Shown here: piece by piece, positions 1-11,600 of the stretch
Layout of the letters: the number at the start of each line of letters is the position of its first letter
Numbering within the stretch: position 1 is the stretch's first letter
NCBI GenBank assembly: GCA_051294375.1
Contig: CM119268.1
Location: forward strand, 1,881,486 to 1,945,485
Origin: Paraspadella gotoi
Lineage: Eukaryota > Animalia > Chaetognatha
DNA length: 64,000 nucleotides
Direction: 5' to 3'
Program-made: the position numbers and the translations under genes
Notes under the pieces: model-generated
The model's database searches: none
What the model was told of the DNA's origin: nothing
What the model saw: the letters and a program-made list of their open reading frames with translations, nothing else

Positions 1-1
1 T

Positions 2-1342
2 GGGCGTGGAGTTTATTTCATGGTCAAGATCGATGTTGACGATTGTTACCAAACGATCGATCAAAAGAAACTCTGCCGAATAATCGACGGGATCGGCGAA
101 TATCATTCGGAGATGATAATGGCCGACCAGCGTTTCGATTACGTCACGTTGACGGGGAATCGACCCAAAGTCAATCGAGCCTCGGTTACCATTTTGAAAA
201 AAGCCTCCGAAGAGTCGCCGTCGTTCGGCGAATTGGCCAATCTGGCTCATGAGCGCGACCGGTTTTACGCCGCGATCATAGAAGACCGTTGTTTCTCGGG
301 ATGCAAAGCGGAAACGTCTCAGATTTGTCGAGTTTTGAAGGATCACATTACCAACACATTGATCAAAGTAGAATCCGACTACTACTTGATGAGCAGAGGT
401 CTCGCCGCCGGCTGCGTGGTGTCCTCGTTGTGCTGCAATCTGTACTACGGAGATTTGGAGAACACTTCTCCCCCGGCCGGCGACGCGGAAAACTGTCTCG
501 TCGTTCGCGAAATCGACGACTATCTCCTAATTGCCGATCGAATGGAGACGGCCCAACGTTTCCTGACGTCGTTTTCCCGCGGATTCCCAGAATATTCGAT
601 GTACGTGAAAAGAAGTAAAACTTTAACTAACTTTCCCTTTGCCTCTCGTTGTTACGAAGCTCCCGCGCTGGACTCTTCTTGCGCGCGAGTATATCCCGCG
701 GTGGCTCGATCGAGAGATTGTCGTTCGACGGCCGATTCGTGGTTTCCCTGGTGCGGATTCCTCTTCGACGACCGCACCCTCGAGGTTCGCTTTGATTTCG
801 CTCGCTACGACTGGCGACGACCGCGGTTTATGCGACAAAGTATCTCCGTCTCTTACGGTCACCGTTGGTCCACGAAGATCCTCGTCGACGCCGTCAAGTC
901 GAACGTCAAGAACTTGGGTTGGCCGCTTTGCTTCGCTCCGCCGGTCAATTCCCGCCGCGTTCGCCTCCGCAATTTCCTAGAGTTTTTGGTTTTAGTTCTC
1001 CGAAAGCTCTACACCCTTGATCGCGAGTTACGCCCTTTTTCCGCGCGACTCCATTGCGACCCCGAGACATTCGTCGACATCGTGGTAACGATCTCCCGGG
1101 TTGCTCGCTCGCGGATAGAGGCCGCAACGCGTCATGCGTTGCGTAAGCTCGGAAAAAGCGCGAGTCGCGTGATTCGAAGGGACGCGGCGATCTGGCTCGG
1201 TTACGAGGCCGCAGCCATCGCTTTCCATCCCAATCGGGGCCAATTTGGTCGATGTCTAAAGGCAGTTCGTCACCGGCAGAGAATGTACGCGGCTTCGATG
1301 AGAAAAGATTTCCAGTTCATTCGCTCGCTTTCAGTTTTATGA
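2..1342 (+). CDS. TERT: Telomerase reverse transcriptase, 3' part (RT motifs A-E plus C-terminal extension); 5' end lies upstream of the window
   Basis: The frame is open from base 2. It contains motif A (YFMVKIDVDDCYQTI), a long IFD-like spacer, B' (RGLAAGCVVSSLCCNLYYGDLE), C (VVREIDDYLLI), D (RGFPEYSMYVKRSKTLTNF) and E (FPWCGFLFD), followed by a TERT-like helical CTE. AATAAA at about 1384. Confidence 0.9.
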   Translation, partial: GRGVYFMVKIDVDDCYQTIDQKKLCRIIDGIGEYHSEMIMADQRFDYVTLTGNRPKVNRASVTILKKASEESPSFGELANLAHERDRFYAAIIEDRCFSGCKAETSQICRVLKDHITNTLIKVESDYYLMSRGLAAGCVVSSLCCNLYYGDLENTSPPAGDAENCLVVREIDDYLLIADRMETAQRFLTSFSRGFPEYSMYVKRSKTLTNFPFASRCYEAPALDSSCARVYPAVARSRDCRSTADSWFPWCGFLFDDRTLEVRFDFARYDWRRPRFMRQSISVSYGHRWSTKILVDAVKSNVKNLGWPLCFAPPVNSRRVRLRNFLEFLVLVLRKLYTLDRELRPFSARLHCDPETFVDIVVTISRVARSRIEAATRHALRKLGKSASRVIRRDAAIWLGYEAAAIAFHPNRGQFGRCLKAVRHRQRMYAASMRKDFQFIRSLSVL

Positions 1343-1840
1343 TTCCTTTGAACTGTGATTAAACCTTTGCAAATAGACAAACAATAAACGAATATTATAC
1401 ATCAGTAAATAATGAGTCTCGAGATAATCTTCTTCACAGAATTGTCTCCATCGCACTTACCGGTGACTTTACTAAAAATTCTTCAGTAATCAGTAACCTA
1501 TGTCTATGATCTTGTTTTATGGTATTTTTGCTATTTCATCACCTTAGTTCTAGTATTTCAACATTTCTGGAATAAATTTCAGCATGATTTTTTCGCGATG
1601 CTTGCCCCGTTGATCAATATTTCAAAACGTTTGGTTAAATTCGAACTTGTTATGCTTCACCTTTTGTTGCAGCCGCCCATCGCTCGAAGTAAGTCGGGGT
1701 GTTTCAAACTTTAAACCAACATCAGCTTCCGCCCTTGAACAAATTATTAACGAACAAACTTTAGAAGAAGACTTTTAATAATTTAATTCGACTCGGTCTT
1801 CTACCCCGATTCTTCTGTTCTCGTTATAGAATTGGAAACC

Positions 1841-4800
1841 ATGTCGGAAACCTTCGCTTACCCGCCCGTCCGTCGCGACGATACCGTCGTCGAGACTCTC
1901 CACGATCGAGTCGTTCCCGACCCTTACCGCTGGCTGGAGGATCCCGACTCGAGCGAGACCAAAGCTTTCGTCGACGCCCAGAACGATCTGACACGGCCCT
2001 ACCTCACCCAAAGCTCCATCCGGGATAAATATAAAAAGAGATTGACCGAGTTGTGGGACTATCCCAAGTACGGGTGTCCCCGACGCCGCGGGAGTCATTA
2101 CTTTTACTCGCACAACTCGGGCCTGCAGAACCAGAGCGTGATGTACGTGCAGGAGAGTCTGGATGCCGAGGCCCGCGTCTTCCTCGACCCCAACAAACTC
2201 TCCGACGACGGAACAGTCGCCCTCTCCGGCACCTCCTTCTCCGACGACGGGACTCTCTTCGCTTACGGACTCAGTCAGAGCGGATCCGACTGGATCAAGA
2301 TCAACTTCAAAAACGTGGCGACGGGAGAAGATTTGGAAGACGAGCTGCAACACGTCAAGTTTTCCTGCATGTCCTGGACTCACGACAACAAAGGGCTTTT
2401 TTACAACAGGTTACAAATTCGACATAACCATTTCTATAGCCCTTTGTTAAACTTCATAAAAATCTTCTTCTTTAACTTAATTCCCAAATTGTTGTAGAGA
2501 GCTTATCATACAATAATACATATATTTGTTCAGTTTCTAGAATGAGTTTATTTTAATTATAGCCGTGTTACAGTTGAACACGATTTTTTAGGGGAAAAAA
2601 ATTTAAAATCTTTTTTTTTTTTTCAAATTGTCTAAAATATTTGAATTGCTTTAAATTAAACGGTTTTTTTTCGCTTTCTCTCCAACCCAAGGTACCCGGA
2701 AAGCGCGGATGGGCGCGAGACGACCCGTAACGTCCACCAAAAGCTTTATTACCACTACTTGGGAACGTCGCAGGATGACGACGTGCTCGTTTTGGAATTC
2801 CCCGAGCACCCCAAGTGGATGGCGCACGCGGAAGTCAGCGATTGCGGCAATTACGTCATCATCACCATCCACGAAGGCTGCGACCCGGTCAACAAGCTTT
2901 ATTACGCCGGTGAATTTGAGAGAAATGAGAGAGAGACGGAAACAAAGAAATTTATAGAATAAAACGCATTTTTTGCCTTTTTTCAGACCTTCGCCTTTTG
3001 GGCGCGGAGGGAATCCGACGCAAGTTGGACTACAAGATCGTGGTCGATAACTTCGACGCCGAGTACGAGTACATCACCAACGAGGGCGCCATCTTCACCT
3101 TCAAAACGAACCTCGAGGCGCCCCGTTACAAACTCGTCAACGTGGACTTGGGACGGGGAGACGAAGCCGCCGCTGGGATGCTCGATCTCATCCCGGAAAA
3201 CCCCACCGACGTCCTCACCTGGGCGCTCTGCGTTTCGGGCAACAAGCTCGTCCTCAACTATCTGCAAGACGTCAAGGCCGCCTTGTTTTTACACGGACTC
3301 GAGACGGGTATGGATTAGTTAATAATAAACTATTTAAAGTTTACTAAATTTTTAACAATATTAACAACAAGAATAAAGAAGCGGTAAATTATGAATACTT
3401 TTTTTTTTTCAGGCGAAAAAATCCGTGAGTTTCCGCTTGACATCGGAACAATCAACGGCGTCTCTGGCGACAAGAAGTACGACGAGATCTTTTACTCCTT
3501 CGTCTCCTTCCTCACTCCCGGCACCATTTATCACGTGACCGACGTCAATTCGGAAGCTCCTTCCAAAGTTTACCGCCAGACGGACGTCAAGAACTTTGAC
3601 GGGTCCCTCTTCGAGACTCGCCAGGTCTTCTTCCCTTCCAAAGACGGCGTCAAGGTTCCCATGTTCGTCATTTGTCGGAAGGGACTCGCTTTGGACGGGT
3701 CACATCCTGTGTTTTTGTACGGTGAGTGAATGCGGACGCCCGGGGGGGGGCGTAAGAGTTGTGAGGAAATGTTTTGTTTGTTTTTGGAGTAAATTGATAC
3801 ATTCTGTTGAGTGACCAAAGAAAGCCGTCCACATTTCCAGGTTACGGCGGTTTCAGCATCTCAATCACTCCGTCCTTCAGCGTGTCGCGCGCCGTCTTCT
3901 TGCAACACTTCGGTGGTGTCTACGCCGTGGCGAATCTCCGTGGCGGCGGCGAGTACGGAGAGACTTGGCACAAGGACGGGATGATCTTGAAAAAGCAAAA
4001 CGTTTTCGACGATTTCCAATCCGCCGCCGAATACCTCATCGCCGAAAAGTACACGTCGAACGCCAAGTGAGTTTTGGACAAAGGTGTTGGAATTCTCGAT
4101 TCAAATAGAATTCAAAATTGAGCCATTATGGCAACAGACGGGTTGCCTGTGATGCCCTTTGGGATTGGGCCTCTCACTGTTGGCTTTGTGGGCTTCCGAC
4201 CCTCAGTGACGCCTCCTTTCACTGGCGCGGTTACCCTAGGACGGTCTCGCTTTGCCAACGCAGAGGGAAGTCGTGAGGACTGTGGATGGAACGCAACGCC
4301 TGGGATGGTGTGTTCCCCCTCTGAGCCAATGGGATTGACTGAACGATGAGGCGGTGTGGATATAACGCCACACCATATTATATTTTTTTTCCTTAAGAGG
4401 TCAAGAACAGTTGATAATGCTAAAGTGGCCGGGCATGAGAAGGTAAAATTAGGTCGACTTACCATTCGATATTACTTTTTTAAAGAATCATCATTAACGG
4501 GGCCTCCAACGGGGGCTTACTCGTTGCCGCTTGCTGCAATCAGCGGCCCGACCTTTTTAAATGCGCCATCGCCCAAGTTGGCGTCATGGACTTGCTGCGT
4601 TTTCACAAATTCACCATCGGACATGCCTGGACCACCGATTTTGGTGATCCCGACAAGAAAGAGCATTTCGAAAATCTGTTCAAGCTTTCCCCGCTGCATA
4701 ACGTTCCTTCTCTTAACGGTAGGAGCGCGAAGATATGAGTTAATCAAATTACTGATTATGATGATTCAACTTAGTCAAAATAAAATATATATACAAAAAC

Positions 4801-5152
4801 TACAAAAACTATTTTCTCTTCACCCCAGGATCCCAATTCCCGGCGCTGCTGCTGCTGACGGCGGATCACGACGATCGCGTTGTCCCGCTTCATTCCTTCA
4901 AACTCATCGCCGAATTGCAAAACAAGATCGGAACTCAATCCTCCCAGGTTTGTATTACTACTTTTAAATTTATTTTTGTCGGTCACCGTCATCCCTTTTT
5001 CATTATCCCCCGATCAGAAAAATCCTATCATGATCTGGATCGACACGAAGGCGGGTCACGGGGGCGGAAAACCCACGGGGAAGATCATCGAAGAATTGAC
5101 GGACGTGGCGTCTTTCATGCATCGATCTGTCGGCCTCACTTGGACCGATTGA
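1841..5152 (+). CDS. PREP: Prolyl endopeptidase (S9A), 8 coding exons
   Basis: [21 protein letters not shown]-terminus, [15 protein letters not shown], nucleophile motif GASNGG (about 4499), TADHDDRV and KAGHGGGKP catalytic motifs. GT-AG introns join the ORF pieces in frame. Confidence 0.95.
4127..4372 (-). mobile_element. Solo-LTR-like insertion (246 bp) in a PREP intron
   Basis: On the minus strand it reads TGTGGCG...TTGCCATA, flanked by the direct repeat CCAT (4123-4126 and 4373-4376). Clearly homologous to 26430-26680 in the opposite orientation. Confidence 0.75.
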
Positions 5153-5395
5153 CATAAAGAACTCAAATTCTTCCAGTCCAAAAACGATTTCTATTTTTAG
5201 AAATAAAATATTTAAGTTTATTTTACTTTTGCCGTTTAAAGTTATTTTAGTTTTTGTCAGTGATCTTCGCACTGATGTTTCTAATCGTAGTCGTAGTTTG
5301 TCTGCCAAATCAATTTTTACCTTTCTTCATTTACAAATAACAGAATCTCAAACGGATGAAAAGAAGGAAAGCAAAACAAAATTGAAAACAAAAAA

Positions 5396-7524
5396 ATGAT
5401 AACTAATCGTTTTTGTCGATTCTTTCCGTCGCTTTTCCTTCGATCTCTTCGTCCATCGACGTCGATTCTCGTCGAAAATGATTTCCCTTCGACTCGGCTC
5501 GTATCTTCTTCCCAAGCGGCGAGTCATTTCCCACTCAAAAATCGGTGGACTTACGAGGAGGAAAGGCGCGACTTTTTCCTTCCTCGCCCGACGCATTACA
5601 ACTTTACCCACGATCAAATCGAAGCCCGCGCGGCGGACAACGACGATCGACACCGCCTTGCATCTTGGTTCGGGCAGACGATCGAGGGAACGAAATTCGC
5701 TGGTCCTTCGATGATCTGGCCCGCTTGACGAGGAAGACGGCCGCCGTGCTCGAGCAGATCTCTCTGCAACGGGGAGATCGCCTCTTGGTGGTCTTGCCTA
5801 AATTGCCTGGTTGGTGGTTGCTCTGTTTGGCTTCCATCAGTGTGTGGTCGACGATTCTAGTTTATTCACGACACTATATATGAATTAAAATTTCTCCTCC
5901 CTCTTCGACTGTGCCATATTTTTAGATGTGGCATAATTGTGATACCCGGTACGCCTCAAATGACGGCCAACGACTGCAATACCGCATGGAACGCAGCAAG
6001 GCGGCAGGAATCGTTGTGGCCGCGCCATTGATGGCAGCAGTCGATGAAGTCGTTTCCAAATGCCCCTCGGTCAGAATCAAAGCGTTGGTGAGGGAAGAAG
6101 GTGAGGATAAGTTAGAGACGACGACGTCTTGGTTCCATCTTTACGAAGCCATCGACGCCGCCGACGATGATTATCCATTCTTGCCCACATTGGCCGATGA
6201 CCACATGATGATATTCTTCACGAGCGGGACCACAGGTATGGCTTTTCTATCGTTAAGGAAAGAGACGAAAAAAAAAGAAGTCATTTTTAAAATGGATTCG
6301 TGGCAAAAAAAAAAAAGGTTTTCCAAAAATGGCGGTTCACACCCACGCTTCCTTCGGTTTGGCGAACCTGATCACCGGCAAGTATTGGATGGATTTGGAT
6401 CCAACCGACGTTCACTTTAATTTCTCCGACCTTGGCTGGGCCAAGGCCGCCTGGTCCAACCTTTTTGCTCCCTGGATTCTTGGATCTTGCGTCTTTGTTT
6501 ATCATCCTAACGAAGTGGGTAAACCTCATTTTCATCCTCCGTCGGTGCTGCGCGCGCTCAAGGATTTTCCCATTACGACATTTTGCATCGCGCCGTCGGC
6601 GTTCAGGTTAATGTTATTAATGATAAGGTTGTTGGATGGACGAGGTTTAAATCGAGTCCTTATTTCTCTTGACAACAAGAAATTACGCATTTTTAAAGCC
6701 TTCTTGTCCAAGAGGATCTGTCACAATTCCTACCGTTTTCCGCTCTGCGACATTGTATCACTGCTGGCGAAGCCTTGCGGCCCGAGGTAGCCCGTTCTTG
6801 GATGGACGCGACGGGCGTAACTATTCGCGAGGGATACGGACAAAGCGAGCTGGTGCTTCTTCTGGCCAACTTTCCCGTCATCCAAAACAAAGTTGGGTCC
6901 ATGGGCAAGCCGGCTCCTGGCATGGACGTCCGGGTTATTGACGATTTCGGCCGCGATTGCCCGCCGGGGGTAGAGGGCGTAATCGCCCTCAAAGTCTCTC
7001 CTCATCCCCCGATGGGAATATTCGCGGGCTACTTGGACGACCCCGAGCGCACCGCCGCCTCCTTAAGAGGGGATTTTTACCTGACGGGGGATCGGGCGCG
7101 AACCGACGATGACGGGTACTTTTGGTTCGTGGGACGCGACGACGATGTCATTAATACGTCCGGTTACCGCGTTGGACCCGTTGAGGTGGAGAGTGTTCTC
7201 GTCGATCATCCCGACGTCGTCGAAGCCGCCGTCATCGGCGTGGCCGACGAGCGGCGTGGCCAGGCGATCAAAGCCTTCGTCGTCCCGACGGAGAAACGGC
7301 GTCGGTCGATGCGAGATTATTCCTCCGAAGAAGCACTCTTTGCGGCCGAGTTGCAGGATCACGTTAAAAAGCTGACGGCGCCTTATAAATATCCCAGGGA
7401 CTTGGAATTCGTGGAGGAATTGCCGAAAACGACGAGCGGAAAAATAAAAAGGACGACGCTTCGGGAGATGGAACGAGAGAAAGCAAAGGCCGGGTCAAAT
7501 ATGCTTGGTGCTAATTTTCGTTAG
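5396..7524 (+). CDS. Medium-chain acyl-CoA synthetase (ACSM-like) with mitochondrial presequence; apparent 1-bp deletions in the 5' part
   Basis: FFTSGTTG|FPKM AMP-binding loop, SDLGWAKAAWS, EGYGQSE, YLTGDRA, SGYRVGPVEVES, KYPRDLEFVEELPKTTSGKI. The N-terminus is rich in Arg, Ser and Phe. Confidence 0.88.
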
Positions 7525-7889
7525 ACCTACTAATTGGGTTCAGTGGCTGAAAAGTTCTTTTATCTTTTCAAAAATTATATTTTTTATACTTTTTTACAGT
7601 TGACGACTCGCCAAATAGTTGATTCATTTTTTACTTTTTCTTTTGCCGATTTTTGGGCTTTATTTTTTATAAGTGCCAGTAGTTTTTCTAATGTCAATTT
7701 TTTACGCATAATGATTTCCCTATTCTGTATCTCTCTGCCCTTTCGATATTTGATATGTTAATTTTTGCTGTCTTTTACTTGATGATATGGAGCTTGCCTT
7801 TAGAACTGTTTAATTTTTTGGTACTAATATTGCACGTTCTATCATTTTCAGGTTATCCTGGTTTCTAATTTCCCTTAAGAGAACCAATC

Positions 7890-8317
7890 ATGCCTCCTAA
7901 AGACTCTAAATCCAAGCAGCCCGCCAAGAAGCCCAAGGATGGGGCCAGCTCCGGTGGCAAGGCCAAGAAGAAGAAGTGGTCGAAGGGCAAGGTCCGCGAC
8001 AAGCTCAACAACCTGATCCTTTTCGACAAAGCCACCTACGAAAAGTTATACAAAGAGGTCCCGTCTTACAAGCTGATCACGCCCTCGGTCGTCTCGGAAC
8101 GTCTCAAGATCCGCGGCTCTCTCGCCCGGTTCGCTCTCAAGGAGTTGCAAGAGAAGGGCCACATCAAGCTCGTTTCGGCCCATCATTCTCAGGTAATTTC
8201 TTCTCTTCTTAGTCAATTTTGCGACGTGACATTTGTTTAGTATTAATAAGCGGCTTATCCTCAAATTCGCAGGTCATATACACGAGAAACACCAGGGCCG
8301 ACGACCAAGAAGAGTGA
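7890..8317 (+). CDS. RPS25: 40S ribosomal protein S25 (eS25), one intron
   Basis: MPPK...[33 protein letters not shown]...HHSQ|VIYTRNT; GT-AG intron at about 8193-8272. Confidence 0.97.
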
Positions 8318-8646
8318 ATGGCGGAGAAGAATCATTCGACAAAAAAGGATGTTTGGGGCTAAATTTGGGGGAAATCTTATTGGGGGAAAATACGAAACCT
8401 TTGTTGTTCATTTTATTTGAAATTTTGAAGAATTAAAACATTCTTGTATTCCAAGTTTAAAATGGCTTCCATTTTTTTAGAAAGCAGTCTTATAAACAAG
8501 CCTTCTCAGTACTATGTTCGCTGCGATGCTCAGAACGGCATTTCCTGAGTAGCTATTATATAGAATTCTCCCTCATCTTCGAACAATAAAACGTCTCATT
8601 TTACAAACAAGTTTTCTCAAAATTTTTTTTTCTCCGAGACGCAAAA

Positions 8647-11600
8647 ATGCCGCCGACTGATAAGAAGAGAGACCATGTGGAGACCATGATTCGTTCCTGC
8701 CTCATCTCTTCCAAAGAGGGCGTGCCGTTGCGAGACTTTGCCAACGATTACGTCATGATGACGGGCCAGGAGATTCCTTTCCGGGAATTGGGCTACCCGA
8801 CTCTCCACGCCTACTTGCTTTCCATACCCCGCGTGGCTCGATTGAGCGGCGGTGGCCACGCCATCACGGTGCATGGCGTTCCCAACGAGGAAACGGCGAC
8901 GATCGCGCGCCTCGTCAGCGATCAACGGTCGAGCAAGAAATCCTCCAGGGGAAAGAGGGGGCGTCCGAGCGGACGCCGACACTTGGGCGGTTCGGGGGCC
9001 GGAGCGCGTCGAACCGGCTTGGCGACTAGAACCCCATCGGGTCGATCAAACTCGAGATCCTCTCCGTCCGCGCTTGTTAGTTCCGTCGTTAGGCCGCTCT
9101 TGGCGTCTCGCGCTCACCCAGGGTGGAACTCGAGTCGTCCTTCCTTCGTCGGGAATCGGCGAATGCCCGAACCGTCGGCCAAACCTCTCGTCGATAATCT
9201 CGCGCCTGACGATCTTCGTCGTCGCTTGGGTTCCGATCTTCGAGTCACTCTCGATCGCTCGTCGCAGGAGCGAATCGTCATTAACGGTCCCGTGCGGAAC
9301 AAAAGCCCCAACGAAGTATCAGACGCCGTTCTCGAGACCCGATGCTTGAAATACTTGGAAAAGTACAAAAACGGAGTGTGGTTCGACAAGTTTCAAAACG
9401 ATTTCGCCAAAAGCTTTGGCTCGGAGGTTATGCCCCGAGACTTGTTGGGAAGACTCCGTCGCTTGACGGACGTCGTCGAAGTCGAAAGATAATCTTTCCA
9501 AAACGATCGTCAAGCTCCGTCGTCATCGATCCTCCGACGCCAGCGCCTCCACCGCCATGTCGAGCGAGTTGAGGCGCGTGGAGTTCGTGTCGCCGAGAGA
9601 GATGATAAACAAGGGTTTCGTTTCTTTCGTCAAGGATCCCCACGAATGGTTCCTCCATCTGGCGGACAATCAACTGAACGGATTCAGTTGGAAGTCAATC
9701 GGGAAGAGAAGAGGACCCCTTGGTCAAGTCGTCGACTGTGTTGCCGGGGGCCGTCGGCGCCGCAGTCTGGAGGACTGAGGATGGCGGACGGTCATTGGTA
9801 TCGGTTCAAGGTCTTGGAGACGGACGACCCAAGGAATCCCAGGAAGGTCCGGCTCTTTTTTCTCGATTTCGGAAACATTTCAGTCAAGGTCAATAAATAC
9901 AATATTTACTAAATTCTAAATATTTGTATCTAGTGAGACTTAACTTTTAAATTCCTACTCAGACTGTCGATGAACTCTACGTCTTGCCGGAAAAATTATT
10001 CTTGGTTCCCGCGCAAGCGGTGCACTGCAAAATTACCAATGTCCCAAAGCCGGTCGGGGGCTGGACGCTCAAGCACGTCGACGCCTTCAAGGGTGCCTTG
10101 GAGAAGAAAGCCGGATTGTTTGACCACGTCTTCGTCGAAGTGAGTCCGTCGATCGAGGAGAAGTTTTTTTTTCAAACTAACATCTGACACATAATTATTG
10201 AGACAAAAGATTGAATGTGTTAAAGTTTTATAACATTTTATTGTAAATATAAATACAAAATATAATTTTTTAATACTAATAACGTTAACTAAATACAGAC
10301 GAACAAGTTGAACCAAAAAAAGTCACAATTTTCTAGTGAAATGTGGCGTTGGGACCTTCAATCGAGACGCCAGCTTTCTCGAAGAAAACCCAACTTTATT
10401 TTCCATTCCTTTCACTGTCTTGCCGTGAGTTTTCTTGGCCGCCCTGCACCTTTTTTGTGCTTGATAGTATCTCCAGACTTTACTCATTGTATTACTCGAT
10501 AAATAGATGGACTCCTGACATTTAGCTTCAAAAAATACTGTAAAGTAAATGCTGCTCCTTCTTGTTCATGATTTTGGTAGAATTGGGCAATGACTTGACG
10601 GCGCGCTTCAGAGGAAATTGACTGCATCTTGAAAACGCGCGGGCCGATAAAAAAAAAAATTCAGTTTGGGAGACAAACATTCGAGGCTTCATTTAAAAAA
10701 AAAAAGCTTTCTACGGCGTCCTGGACGCCGTCTACAGGCCCCGGAAGCCGTCTCAATAATTTTGTGTCAGATGTTATTTTCCCGCGAATCCAAAGTTTTA
10801 ATTTGGTTGACATTATATGACAGCTGAAAGACTCGTCGGGAACGAGTCCCTACGGCGGGCCCCTTTGCGATGTCGACGTCTTCTATCCCCTCGACGATTT
10901 CCGGTTTTCTTCCGAAAGCCTCTCCTCGATTTTCAATCTCAAAATCAAGGGAATCAGGTATTTGAAAATGTTTTTTTTTTTTATAATTTTTTTTTATTTA
11001 CAGACATTGACAGTGACAGTGAAATTTAGTGGAAATTAGTCGGGTTAGGTAAATTAACTTGCATATCATTATTACTTTTTTGTATAACCTTCAGGAGTAG
11101 TGCTCGCTCTGCCTTTCTGCTTTACTTATTGTTTGTTATAATAACTAATAAAATAAAATAAAAAAATTAAAAGAAAGCAATGGGCCTATAATTAATTTAC
11201 TACTATATACAAATGAGATTGATGCATTCGATCTCATTTAGTAATTTTCTACACAATTTTCGTCAGTGCTTCATCATCGATGCTTTCTTCGCTCCATTCG
11301 CCGCTACCCTCGCCTCTTCCTTCGCCGCAGCCTTCGTCTCTTTTGCCCTTCGAATCCATCGCTCTTCCTCTGCTTTTGCCAAGTCTCGACCTTTGGGACG
11401 AAGTCTTTGTCAGCGACGTCCAGACTCCCACAGATACGACTATTCGAATCAAAGGACCCAAGTACAGCGACAAACTCACGGCCGTCGAAAATAAGCTCAA
11501 TTCCATATACTCTCAAGGTTGTTTGGGTTTATTGCCTTTTATCCTTATCAAGTTTTATTTAGCGTTCGTTCTTTCGTTCGTTCGTTCGTTCCTTCATTCA

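Noticed and set aside
20-1342. The RT ORF as a retrotransposon, retron or group II intron RT
   Set aside because: The long A-B' spacer, the WCG motif E, the C-terminal extension and the absence of endonuclease, RNase H or integrase domains fit TERT.
4127-4372. The repeat as telomerase RNA, H/ACA RNA, RNase P RNA or an HDV-like ribozyme
   Set aside because: No conserved template between the two copies, no complete RNase P or HDV fold, and both copies have TSDs and opposite orientations typical of insertions.
7780-7830. TGATGA box and AATTTTTTGG Sm-like site upstream of RPS25 as a snoRNA or SL RNA
   Set aside because: No D box, donor site or supporting stems; expected by chance in a U-rich spacer.
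8464-8590. Imperfect hairpins between RPS25 and TDRD7 as an H/ACA snoRNA
   Set aside because: The second hairpin before ACA is too short, so the architecture is incomplete.
10713-10731. GC hairpin ACGGCGTC-CTG-GACGCCGT in a TDRD7 intron as a Helitron 3' end
   Set aside because: No CTRR at the expected distance and no second copy in the window.
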